From positions 62,001 to 126,000 of the forward strand of contig QPGO01000125.1 of the NCBI GenBank assembly GCA_008632985.1: DNA of 64,000 nt, given 5' to 3'. The stretch comes from Psammoneis japonica. Lineage: Eukaryota. The translations under genes were made by a program, and so were the position numbers. Positions within the stretch are counted from its first letter, which is position 1. Every line of letters starts with the position of its first letter. Shown here piece after piece: positions 50,112-62,044 of this stretch. The notes below the pieces were generated by a model. It searched no databases. It saw only the letters and a list, made by a program, of their open reading frames with translations, and was not told the DNA's origin.

Positions 50112-50459
50112 TAACCGCCCAATAGTTTCATACTGAATATTGACTTCTACACCCACTAGGCGTCTCATATTATTACTTTTTGAAAGCATTTTGTAGATTT
50201 CATATCATTATTTTTGCCTCATGCGGCTTTGTTTTTGCAAAGATGGGAAATGGGAATGACAGGTGTTGTCGTGTCGAAAATAGTCGGTGTCAAGATCGCG
50301 AATCGGGAAGCAGATGCGGGAGTGATGGCGGAGTTCTTTTCCCGCGCAAACTAAAAAATCCAAAGGCCTTTTACAGTATTCGAACATCGTGCTGATGTCA
50401 TCATTGAGGCGAGGCGCGCGTTTCTCTTTTCTTTGGTCTTTGGGCGAGCGGGGCGGGAT

Positions 50460-52870
50460 GGAGGCCTTTCCTCCGACGACCTGCCTCTCGCAGATCCCAT
50501 GCATCCCACGACTTTCTAGAGAAGCACAAGAGCCACAGTGCAGTTCCCACTGAAGTGCACAATGCTGTTGATGCAGTCATGACTGCCGCTTGCCACAGCT
50601 TGAAAGATTGTGCTGCTGGTTCTGACTCTTGCAAGACTTCAAGAATCAACAGCATGGCAGAGTGCCCAGGCACCCGATGGGACAAGGTGGACGACAGTCG
50701 AAAGCGAGCACAGGAAATTGAGGAGAGCAAGGATCTTTTCAAAGTTTGACCAAGGAAGAAATGGAGTGACCGTGTGGTGTGCGATCAAGCTCAGCTTTGT
50801 GTGCTTGGATTTTGCCACTCAGTCAAAAGCAAGAAGAGGATCTTGTGTCGATGTGCAGAGTCTCAATGGAGTTCACAAACTGAAGGATCCAACAATGGGA
50901 AAAGTTGTCACTCCTCCAGCTTGAGCATGGAATGATGCAACTCTTGAGAGCCAATTTGATGCATTTCAAAAATCGGGCGTGTGTCAGACGTGGCTGCTGC
51001 GCACCACACCCCCTGCGCGCATGACCCATTTGAACATTCTTTTTGCCTTGCTGAAGACTGGACTGGAGGAGTGCATGAAATCATTGAAGAAAGTGTTGAG
51101 CAGTCTAGGTGTTGAAAAGCAAACAGAAAATTGCACTTGCAACTCACACGCTCAAATGAGAGAGGATGAAGATGATGGGCCCGGTGCTGACAACATCTTT
51201 TTGTTGCCAGGAACAAAGCACAAACAACTTGTCCGAGCATCATGCTGCCCGGCAAAGGAGGAGCCAATGCTCTGCACTGAGGTTGAAGGCCATCTACCAA
51301 AGCCAATCCCTTGGAAATGAACACACAGGAACTGTCAGAGTTGTGAAGTCAAAAAGATGAAGCTGCAAGAGTGCAAAGCACTCGCCAAGCATGACATTGA
51401 GATCACCACAAAGGAGTGGTTGCCACCAAGAGCTGGGACAAATGCAAAAGGGAAACAGAACACACAGACAGAACCTGACAGATGTCAAGCTCCCAGTGAA
51501 AGTGGGCGTCTCATGCAGCGCATTGACACACATGCCTTTGCCCTTGAGGAGCCACTGATCTTAGAGATGACTTCTCCACAATGTGCAATCTTTGAGCCCC
51601 CCTGACCAACAATTGCTCTGTGGATGCCCACCCCATCCTCTGCACATTTGCTTCATTGCACTTGCCAAGGACAATTGCAGTGAAGCACAATGGCGTGGAC
51701 AAGAAGTGGTGAGCAAACAAATGCAACGTCTGGCACTTTTTTGGCAAAATGATGTCAAAAGGGAAGAAGAACAACTGCGTCTTCCACAATGCAAGCCTTC
51801 TAGAGATTGTTCAGCATTGCAAATGCCAACTCAAGTGCAGCAGTGTTGACTTGATGTGAGTGACAGTGTGGACCAACAAGTGTGGGCCTCAATGCAAGTG
51901 CAGCCAAAACTTTTTGAGAAATGCAAGATTTGCAAGCACTGTGAAAGGGGTTGCAGCAAAACTCGCCAGCTTGCCCAGAAATGCCATTTCAAAGGTGCAT
52001 GGAATGCAGCAGGGAAGGTGGTGAAGTGCTGCATGTGGCATGTGGAGCTCCGCAGAGTGAGATTGCCCACAGCATTTGAGTGCTTCAAAGCGATGTGACA
52101 AGAGCTCGGGAAATGCCAAACTTGTGACCAACTGGAACGCCCTTGAAGCATCCAAGCATCCTGATGTCCTTGCAAAGAAAACATTCATGGTGTCCAGAAG
52201 ATTTCACGAACATGCAACTGAAAAGAAAGAGCAGTTTGAGCTGTTGCAAAATGAACTCAAGAACATTGCATTTGCTGACCATGAAAATGCACCTCAAGGA
52301 ACCCGAGTCAAGGACACCCAGAAACTTCATCAAGTGCCCAGCTTTCTCAATCTGAAGCCACAGGACCCAAGCATGTGGAAGATCCTTGCAGCAAAAATGC
52401 CTTGTTCATGCCTTTGTTGTCAAAAGAAAGTGCAAGAGACCTGTCTGATCAAGCATGTCACAGATTCAAAGGCGCATGCTGGGTGAGGGAACAAATCGAC
52501 AACTCAGCAAAAACAGCAGAATTGCAAGGGCAGTTCAAGACATGCTTGCCACAACTTGCTGAGGTGTTTGGCATGAGTGACGTCACCAAGAAAATGATCC
52601 AGGACAAGCTCAGACTGCTTGGATTCAGGCCTCAAACACAAGGTTGCACAATGTCTTGTTGGCCACATCTCTGCTCCGGAAATGCAGATGATTTGCACCT
52701 GCTGCTTGCTGAAAATTGCACTGTTGTGGATGCTGACATGCACAATGATGAGAACAAAGACATGGTTTGGATGGTGTTGGAGGCAAAGGAGGCAGATGCC
52801 ATGGTGCAGACAACAAACTTGATGTCATTGATTGTTTTTTTCAGCGGGTCAAATGAGCGGTGCTGAGGGC
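50460..52870 (+). mobile_element. Degenerate DNA-transposon transposase relic, Sola2-like
   Basis: VTVWTNKCGPQCKCSQNF (~51860-51915) and AQKCHFKGAWNAAGKVVK (~51970-52030) resemble the WxDxCxxQYK and HGKGxxDGxGxxVK motifs. A Cys-rich region lies upstream. Many stops and frameshifts; superfamily assignment is from memory. Confidence 0.5.
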
Positions 52871-55199
52871 ACCCCAGGTGTTTTTTTTTGCACTCATGAC
52901 TCAAAGCTAAAAACAAAAACAAAATTTCACTGAAACGTTGCCCTCTTCAACTCCTGATTGTGGTGGGTGTCTGGGTGGTCAACGCATGAACTCACAATGA
53001 AGAGTGCTCCCAGCCCATCCTTTGTTGGCCCTCAGAGTCATGGCAGTGAGTGGGTGTGGTGTGCAAAATTTTGGCAGATGGACAACCAGCATGGATTTGT
53101 TGATTCTTTCAGCTGCGCATGTGACATTCAGTGAATTCAATTTTGCATGCCGATGGTCAACAGTCATTTCTCAATGACTTTGGAAGTTGTTGACAATGCT
53201 GTGATGATCATTGTCATGTGTTGCAAGCTCTGTCAAGTTGTCCCAGTCTTTCAAAGAATTCCCCAAACCCTCCATGTGTCAACTGCAGTGCTGTTGGGTC
53301 CCTGGGGGTTGTTCACATCAGGAAAGAAAATTTCCCAGGCTGCTGTTTGCATTCAAGATTGGAGCCGCAACCTGTGGTGAAGACTTGGTTTGACAGGTCA
53401 TTGCTGGGCGCTGCTCAAAGAGCATGATGGTGTGCAATCTCATCACAGCAATGCTCCCCTGTGTGCTCATCTTGAGCTTGCAGGTCTTCTTCAGCATGTT
53501 TTTGTTTCCTCCTTGTGTGGCTCCATTGATTGGCCAACCAGCTCTTGTCTTTCCTTCTTGGGGTGCACTGCAGGCTTCTTCTTGCTGTCAAAGCTGATCT
53601 CTTCCCAGCTGCTCTGTCAATGCTGTTGCTTTTGCACAATTGCCAGAATTGAAGTGTTGTCCCATGCAGAAGCTGGCATTCTCTTGGGTTGCTTTTGCAT
53701 GCTGCAAAGGCTTCAGCTTGCCCCACTGCTTGCTTTCTGTTCAGCCGCCTTGGCCAAGTGCGTGTGTCTCTTTTCTCTGGCTCTCACAACAACAGATGCA
53801 TGAACTCCAGTGCCATGTCACACCTGACTGGCAACAAACAACTGGTCAGTCATCACAGCTGAACTGACTTTTCTGTCACCTGCTCCTTTGCTGCTCTCAC
53901 ACAGAGCTGGTGTGCTTGTGTCAACTCCCGCTGCTGCCATTGCAGCAGAGACATGACCTGCAAAGACTCAACTCTGGCTGCCAAATGAATGCCGGCAGCT
54001 TTGATGCAGCAAATGAAGTTCCAGCTGGATTGGACCAATGGACAGCATGCCTCCACTTCATTGTTGCAGAAAAGCTCAACGCAATGCCACTCTGCCACCT
54101 GCCAACCCATTGCTTCACCAGCATTGTGCCCGCCACTTTCAGCAGTCTCATCTGACAAAGAGCTGACATCATCTGCATTTGGAGCCATCAAATTCTCCTT
54201 GATGTCTTGAGTCAGCTTCCTGATTTCTTGATCTAAGTGGCTCAACCTGGGCCCTCGATCATCAGCCCAGAGACAAAAAAAAAAACTCCAGTTTCTTGCA
54301 AAGCTTCAGCCAAACAATCAAGTCCTCACCTGCGTTCCAGATTGGTGCATCAAAAAAGGCTTTCAAAGTCGTCGCGACTATTTTCCCGAAAAAGTTCCTG
54401 AAAGAATTCATCCATGTCGCTGCACTCTCCCGCCTCAGTCCAGATTTTCGCGACTCGGTTCATTGTCGCGCAAAATAATTTAAGGGCCTCACTGTCCCCC
54501 GCCAACCGCCCACTCTCTAGGATGCCATCAAGAGCAGTGAGCCGGTCCTCATCCATTTGCAAGTCCTCGGGGGGATCAGAACTTAGAAATGCAGCTTGAA
54601 GAGGAACAGCCGACCCATCAATTTCCTCAAACTTCAGCCTGTGATCCTCCAGACTCTGCATCTTCAAGAATTTAAAGAAAAGAGAACCCTTGTCTCGGCT
54701 GTGTGATTTCAGCATTTTCTTTGCCCAATGAAGAGGCAAAGAGGAAAGAGGATTGGGCTCAGCAAATGAAAATGCAGACCTGCATGAAGTGGCAAAGTGG
54801 CAAGCATTCCATGCAGTCTTGCTTTCTTTCTTTCCCTGCACTCCTTCCTGTTCTGACTTCCTTGTTCAGACTTCTCCATTTCAACAATGAAAGCCAACCC
54901 CCTTGAACTTCACCTGAGTGGACATGATGGCAACCATCAGCTGAACTGTGAGCAAGCTGCAATGCAGTGGTGGGATTGACGGTGCTGTTGTTTTGTGCTC
55001 TCATGTTTGTTCTCTTTGTTCATGGTTGGGGAGCGGGGATCAATCCCTTGGGTTTGTTGGTCATCTCATTTGGATGGGAGTGATTTTGAGTTGGAATTTG
55101 GACAAGGGTGCAAATCGTGTGCATGTTTGGTCATGCCGGTGTGCTCGTGCATCTTGTCCAACAGAGAAATTTGTCATTGGCAACATGATTGCATGTGCT

Positions 55200-57500
55200 G
55201 CATCCACACACCAAAAAAGTCACCCAGCTCCTCCACAAGCTCCCTGAGCTTGCTTTGTGTCTTCTGTGTGGTCTTTTTTGAACTCTCAATCTCCAGCTCA
55301 TGAGTGTCTTTGTTGAGCTGCTCACTTTGTCCCTGACATTGGAGCCACTGCTCCTGGTGGTGTTCTGGACAGTGATTGCTGGCTGTCACTCTCTGCCCTC
55401 CTCTTCTGTGGCCTTGGCAGAGCTCCAAAACAACTGTGCTGGAACAGCCGGTGCATCCACTCTTTGGGTTTGGTTGGATTTGCAAAATTTCAAACATGCT
55501 GTGGAGAGAATCAGGCACCCAGAGGCAGTGCGCTCCTCTGATGGGGGTGTTGGAGTTGACAGCTGCTTTGGAGTGAGCCAAGCACACTTGTCTCTTTTGC
55601 TTGTTCACCTCTCACCCACCAGCCTCATCTTTTTTCTCTCACCACCACTGTTCTTGTTTTCATTTGTGGTTGCAGCTCCACATTTTGAGCCACAATTTTC
55701 AGCACCATTTCCCCTTGGATGTGTCTCATCATCTTTGTTGGGCATGGATTTGTGGCTGAATCTGCCATCTGCCATTGTTCTTTTTGAGCAGTTTCTGGGT
55801 GAGCATGCTCTTTGTGCTCCTCCAGCACCAGGAGTGGACCATTTTGAAAAATGTCTTGATGGTGCATTGTCATTCCCACACAGAAAGCAGACATCCATCA
55901 AGTTGTGAGCCACACTTTCATGACAGCAAGTGGCGGGGCTCCTCTGCCACAAAACAAAACAAAAGAGCTTGTCCCTTTGCACAATCTTTTGTTGACATTG
56001 GTGACAGATGTTCTCAAACAGAGCAACTGGCATTTCCATCACCATCACACTTGCCACTCTTGTCAGTTTCATTGGTTCAGATTTTGTGTTTGGCGCGGTG
56101 CTCCTTCTGCTTTCACACAAACCACATGACTTGCACTGCAACTCTGACCCCATCTGTCCTGTGAAAACCACCTCTGACCCCAATTTCCCAACACTCTTTC
56201 ATGTGAGTCATCAATCGATTGACCTCATGCACATCAAGCACGGGGGATGACACATGAAAACCATGCCACCCAACACCATGTCAACTTTTCCATTGATTCC
56301 CATGGCTCACATCATCCGACTCTGCCAACGAATGACCGCTGTGTGAGGACAATCCCTCCTCATGTGCCCAACTTTGTTGTGCTTCCAGCACACATCTTCT
56401 TCTTGTCATTCTGTGCAAAACTCATGCCCTCAGGTTTCTTGTTGGTCCCATGCCTGTCCAACACCTGCAATGCCTCCTCAGCTGAATTGGGGTGCATGTC
56501 AACCCCAGCCAGCATGAGCTGCCAATGTGGGTCTTTCAAGATGCATTGACAATCCTTGGCAGCATCCACTGGCTTCACTGCTGATGACTTGTTCCTCTCT
56601 TTGCTCCAGACATCATCAACATCCTTGTTGAACCCATCTTCTTTCTTGGCCATTTTTTCTGGGATGATCCTGCCATTTCAACCTTGCTCACAAACTGGCT
56701 GCAATGGCCTTGAAAAAGTGTTTCTCCTTTGTCTTGACAAATGAGCACCAACTGCTTCCAAGCCTCAACCCCCACCAGGACATGTGTTCTCATTTGCGTT
56801 GGCTTGAGAATGCTCAGTGGTGCCACCACATCCAACTCCTTTGTGGCTCTTGCAAACTCCACCACTCTTTCAAGCTTGTCATGATTGGCCTTCGTGCATT
56901 GCCCCACAATCATGTTCAATGCCTTTGCCTTCTGCGTCTTGTAGATTGAGCTCTGCTTCACATGGTGACCACACTTTTTGCCCCAGATTGCCTTGTCTTT
57001 CTCCAATGTGGTGTCTCCCAATGCATGATCCAGCTCTCCCAGCATGCTCTCCTGCCTCACAGATGCCAGTGCTTGCATCTCTGGCCTGAAGGTTCTTCTG
57101 ATGTGCTCGCCACCAGCATCATGCACCCACTTCTTCAGCTCTTTTGCCCATCTTTTCCCGGACTTGCATTGGAGTTCCATGGCTTGCCAACTGATGCAAA
57201 CTCTGTCTTGCTGACCCTGAGATGACCTTGCCCCACCCTTTTTTAGCAGACCCTCAACAGCTTCTTTAACAGCAAGGCCCTCCAGAGACCATTTCTTTCC
57301 CTCATCCAGCCAGCTTGCTTGCTGCAATGTGCCAACATGAGGCACACCTTTGGTTTCTTGTTGACCTCCTGGCCCTCTCCTTTTGTTTCCTGTTGACTCC
57401 CCAGCCCTTGTCTGCAGATTCCTTTTTGCTTTCCAGCCCTCACACTCTGTGGATTTCTCTCAACTTCCCAGCCCTTGTTCTGTGGATTCCTCTTGACTTC
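55200..57500 (-). mobile_element. Degenerate Ty1/copia (CoDi-like) LTR retrotransposon gag(-pol) relic
   Basis: KAKALNMIVGQCTKANHDKLE...DVVAPLSILK and LAGVDMHPNSAEEALQVLDRH match the diatom copia gag patterns (LIxGQCxxxMxxKLE...DxxxLLxxIK; GxDxYPxxxxxAxxxLxxY). No LTRs identified. Confidence 0.65.
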
Positions 57501-59607
57501 TTAGCCCTCAAATGACGCCACTTTTTTGAATGTTGTGCCATGACTTTTTGGCTTCTGCGTTGGAGCTTTTTGTGGCTTGTCAACTGGCGCACATTTGGCA
57601 TCACCATCTCCTGCTCTCTGTGTGGTTTGCAAACACATTGGCTGATGCCGCTGGCTGTCATTGCTGTGTTGGCTGGGTGCAGAAGCCAAAAAGCAAGCAC
57701 AAGACCTGCAACTCAATCCAAGTTGTGAGTGCAAACTTGCCATGTTGTCTGCAATTGTCAGCATGTCTTACACTGCAACTCTGTCTGTCTGTTCTGCAAA
57801 AACTGCCTCTGACCCCAATGTCCCAACATGATGATGGTGCAGCATGTGACAACCATCATTTTTTTGAGTGTGTGCCATGGCCAGAGAGGTGTGGTTGACA
57901 AGATGCTCTCCTTGGGAGCTGCACTCAGATTGAGCATCAAAATTTGAAAGACTGCAAGAGCAAACCACTCAAGCGAACCTCTGCAAATGCACACACATTT
58001 TCTGGCTCTTGGATGGAAATTGTGAGCCTGACACAGATGATGAAAAATGTGCAGCAGCTTCAGCCCCAATGAGCCCCATGCCCATCTCCATGAACAAGCA
58101 GCAGCAGGGAAAAGGCAGGTGCAAATGTTCTCAATCAAATGATGGCAACACCACATCTGCAGAGTTTGCTGGTGGAAAACCCAGAAAGATGAACACAAAA
58201 GCTCTGAAGGAAAGGCAAGAAGGAGAAGAAGAAAAATTCTTGGAAAAAAGAAGTGCTTAAAAGGAATGACAAGAAGGGCTTGTTGAAGAAACTGCAAGAG
58301 CTTGAAATCAAGCACGAGAAAGAACCATTTTAAAGAAACAGCAAGAGTTTGACAAACAGCAACAGAAGGAGTTGTCAAAATGACAACAAGAGCATGAAGA
58401 TGAGTTTGAGAAAGAAGAGAAGAACAACAAGGACTTGTTGAAGAAATGGCCTGCCAGAGCTTGAAAAGAAGCATGAGAACAATGTGCAGAAAGAACATGA
58501 AAAGTGGCAAGGTCACAAAAAAAAAGAGAAGCAGTGGAAGCAGCAGCAGTGGCAGCAGCAACGGCAGCAGCAACAACCATTGCCATGGCTGTGACAGCAG
58601 GCATCATTTTGCTGAAATGGCAGCTCCAAAAAGAGAAGAAAGCAACACATGGAGGAGTGAAAAATGCTTTCTGAGTTTGAACAACCAGCTGTTCAGTGTG
58701 CAAAGCTGATGACAACAATCAAGGTGGTGAGCTGCCAGGAGGCAAAACAACTGAGCACCAATTTGAGCCAGAATTCAACAAGTTTGTGGAATGGCAGCTC
58801 AAGCAGTTTTTTTGAGCAAGTGCAGAGGCAACAGGAGTCATTTTAAAGAAGGTGTCTTTGCAAGCACATCCAGGTGGTGTTCCCTTGGAGCTCTGGAGAA
58901 ATGCCGCTTTTGCTGGGTGGAAGTGCAGCAGCACTGAAAACACAGATTTTGTGTTTTGTTTTCATTTGGTTTCTTGCACAGGCCCTCAACTCCACCCCCA
59001 TCCCATCTTCTGTGTTTTTTCCATTTAAACTGTGGCACCACAGTCTCCAGATAATGAGGCAGTCTCTGCAACTGGCCCACCTTTTGAAGGCGATCTGTTG
59101 ACAACAAAATTGCACTTGCTCTTTAGACGCAAAGCTCGCCATGACGGCATCTGCCATTGAAATCGCCATTCCTTTGGTCTAAACTGGGAAAATTGTCGAT
59201 TGCACCCCCATTTTTAGCAATCACATCGATCTGTGGATGTCTTTGAGCGCGACACGAATGGCATGGCAAGATTAGATTGAGAGCTGTCGAACGACACAAA
59301 CTCTTCCCAAGGCCACCATCATGAAAGGCGATCCCACACCTTCATGTCGGTTTCTTGCATTCAAAGATCACAGATCTGTCAGGTTCATAGATTTGGGGGG
59401 CTGACGTCGTTATTTCGGCGCAAATATTTTTAGCTTTTATCATAGAAGTAATTGGTTAGGACTATCTCGAACGCTCCAGTGCGTAACTGTCTGTCAAATG
59501 GTGTGAATCAAGCCGCCTTGGATGTGTTTGCTTGCAGCGCCGACTCTTGTTACGTTGCAACGGCCTAACTGCTGTAAAGTAGCATATAAAAATAAGTAAA
59601 AAGAATA

Positions 59608-60540
59608 TCATGTGTTGCGAATGAGTCCCTCATCGCCTTCTTCACCTTCTCCAGGTAGGAAGTTGGCTCTGCAACATGGGCATTTATCTTGACGAAGCAG
59701 CCATTCGACAATGCACGTGCGGTGGAACAGATGCTGGCAACCAGAAATGTTGGATTGCACTAGCTCATCATCTGATTCAAAAACTTCCAGACAGATGTGG
59801 CACACCATACCGGGGCCACTCGCTTCGTGAACTTGCGGTTCCTCGAAAGTTGTGATGCCCCTTTCCTCTTGTCGTCCTGTTTCTGCTTCAGGAATCCCAC
59901 TAGAAGGAGTACTCCCACAATCATTAGACTCCTGAGAGGAGGTATCACTGTCAATAACAGTTGTTGGAGCACTATCAACTCGGCCGTTTTCGGCATTTTC
60001 AAGCTCGTCGACAGCACATTTCGAAACACATTTCTGAAGATATCAATACGAAGATTCAACGAAGTGAGAAAATAGCATGGTGAGCATGCGAAACGTTTAA
60101 CAGCTTGATATGATTCATCTAAATCAACCAAAGCATCATATACCTTTGATATGAGATACGAATCAATGATTTGTTTACGATTTGCGACTTCAGCCTCGGA
60201 CATGGCTATCGACGCGTTTTGGATGCCGCCGCCATTGCCATTCTGCGACGTCGATGAACCACGACGACGCCAAATGTCTAGTTTGTACAAGAAGAAGACC
60301 GCAATAAGACTTAAAACGAGAAAGCTACTGATACCAACCTGTTCAACAAAATAGATGATGATTAGTATTTTCGCATGACTGAGCAATGGCGGATAAGAGC
60401 AACAAGGCTTCTCTCCCCCCTCGCAGCCAAGCGCCTCAATCTTAAAGCCAATTTTTATCTTTTCAACTCACAATAAGTATGATCACATTGCGGCCATCGC
60501 CATCGCAAGAGTTTAAGCTATGGTCTGAACGAGCTCCCAT
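59608..60540 (-). CDS. TM + RING-H2 E3 ligase, tandem paralog 5, 3 exons
   Basis: CHICLEVF...CQHLFHRTCIVEWL...CPCCR, with TM exon VGISSFLVLSLIAVFFLYK...IDSYLISK. Confidence 0.85.
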
Positions 60541-61226
60541 GTTGCAGTTTCATCTGAGGCCGCTTTTGAGATGAGTAGCGGTTTGGAGGTTGAGATTCGC
60601 CCGGAGGATCTTTTTGTGTGAGCATTTTTGTCATTTGTTGTGACGTGATCAACGCCACGCAGAGCATAGTACTCTAGCCTACCGTACTACCGGTACTTGT
60701 ACATCGCGCAAAGCGGTGGCATTTGTGTACTGTAGAATTTTACAGAGGTTGACAAATTTAGCTGGAATCCCATCATCATCTTCTGACACAATAAATAAAA
60801 AATGTCATTATCGATCTACGTGAATTAATACGAAAAACTGCATTGAGACATAAGTATTCTTTGCGAAATAATGACCGACGCCTCTATCTCTCTCTCACCG
60901 CGCGCGCTCTACTCTCAACTCTGCATTGTGAGTGACGGTACTCTACTCTCTGTACTCTACCTCTAGTAGAGAGCTAGCTAGCATTAACTAAACTAAAACA
61001 ACTTTCAAACCCCATTACTACCATTGTCGTCCTAGTTCTACAGAACAATTGCATTAGCACAGATTTTGCAACCTTTAGAGTCGAACCGGATATCGATCTA
61101 GCATGTAAGTTTCAGGCCTGACTCTTTTCATCCTGCCTAGCCTTTCATCTTGACTTGCGCGCTGGCTTCTAAAGTGGTGATTCTTTTGCAATTCTTGTTC
61201 TTCATTACTTGGCATTTACAGAAAGA

Positions 61227-61877
61227 ATGAACACGAATGACAGGTGTCAGCAGCGACAACCTCGCTCACCATCGCGTGTGGCAAGAGGTGACGACCGCCC
61301 CATGGAACTCGATAGTCTTGAACGGCACAATTATGAATTTCAGCTTGTGTTAGAATACTGGAGTTCACGAGAAAGAGGATGCAAGGAAAATGATAATAGT
61401 ATGCAACTCTTCCCAACATCTGTTGTTCCCAAGAAAGATTTTGCGACATCTGAAGATATTCGACATCCGCACGCGTGGGATCATGGAATCAGGACCAAAT
61501 CTTCTACTCCGCTGAGAAAGCGTTCTTTCACATTGGTCGAGACTGATTTTGCAAGGAATGAGTTCAAGACACTTACAGAAGTAGAGCCGAATCCGGTAAT
61601 CGACCTACGAGTACTTTCAAAGGACACGTCAACAGACACGCGGACGGCATGCGAGACAAGCTCCTGTGACGCACAAGATGATAATCGCAAGGAAGAGATG
61701 ATAACATCACAAGAACTTCATAGAACACACGATGCAACAACCAAGAAACTCGAAACCAGGATGCTCCTCCCAAGTTCAACGTTGGTAGAGAAAAGTGCTG
61801 GCAATGCCAGGTTGTTTCTTACAAGGTTGGTTGCAATAATCAAGGACAGGCTTTCTCACTTCAGAAAGAGAACGTAG
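61227..61877 (+). CDS. Hypothetical protein
   Basis: ~216-codon ORF from ATG 61227 in normal-composition DNA. No family recognised; may have an upstream exon. Confidence 0.5.
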   Translation: MNTNDRCQQRQPRSPSRVARGDDRPMELDSLERHNYEFQLVLEYWSSRERGCKENDNSMQLFPTSVVPKKDFATSEDIRHPHAWDHGIRTKSSTPLRKRSFTLVETDFARNEFKTLTEVEPNPVIDLRVLSKDTSTDTRTACETSSCDAQDDNRKEEMITSQELHRTHDATTKKLETRMLLPSSTLVEKSAGNARLFLTRLVAIIKDRLSHFRKRT

Positions 61878-62044
61878 ATGTACACGACTGCTGCTGCACA
61901 TGGATGTTTCAACCGATTCCAGCGTCACAATAAGGACCACCCCATAAAAGACAAAGTTGTACCACAAATAAGGCCTCCTCCCCATAGGCGCGCTGTATAG
62001 GATACCTCTTTGAAACTCAACGAGGCATTCAGGAGCACCATCCA

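Larger units (their letters stand above)
50390..59350. other. TpA- and CpG-depleted block D (nested TE relics)
   Basis: About two dozen TA sites in ~9 kb by eye, mostly CTAG/TTAG/CTAA/TTAA. Contains transposase and gag relics. Confidence 0.9.

Noticed and set aside
23350..59350. Fungal RIP or ordinary CpG deamination as the explanation for the composition
   Set aside because: RIP creates TpA rather than removing it. CpG decay cannot remove TA, and block C and the left part of block A lose TA while keeping CG.
50340..59480. TIRs or LTRs delimiting block D
   Set aside because: Looked for partners of TACAGTATTCGAAC (~50372) and for GAG..CTC ends, but found no convincing inverted or direct terminal match.
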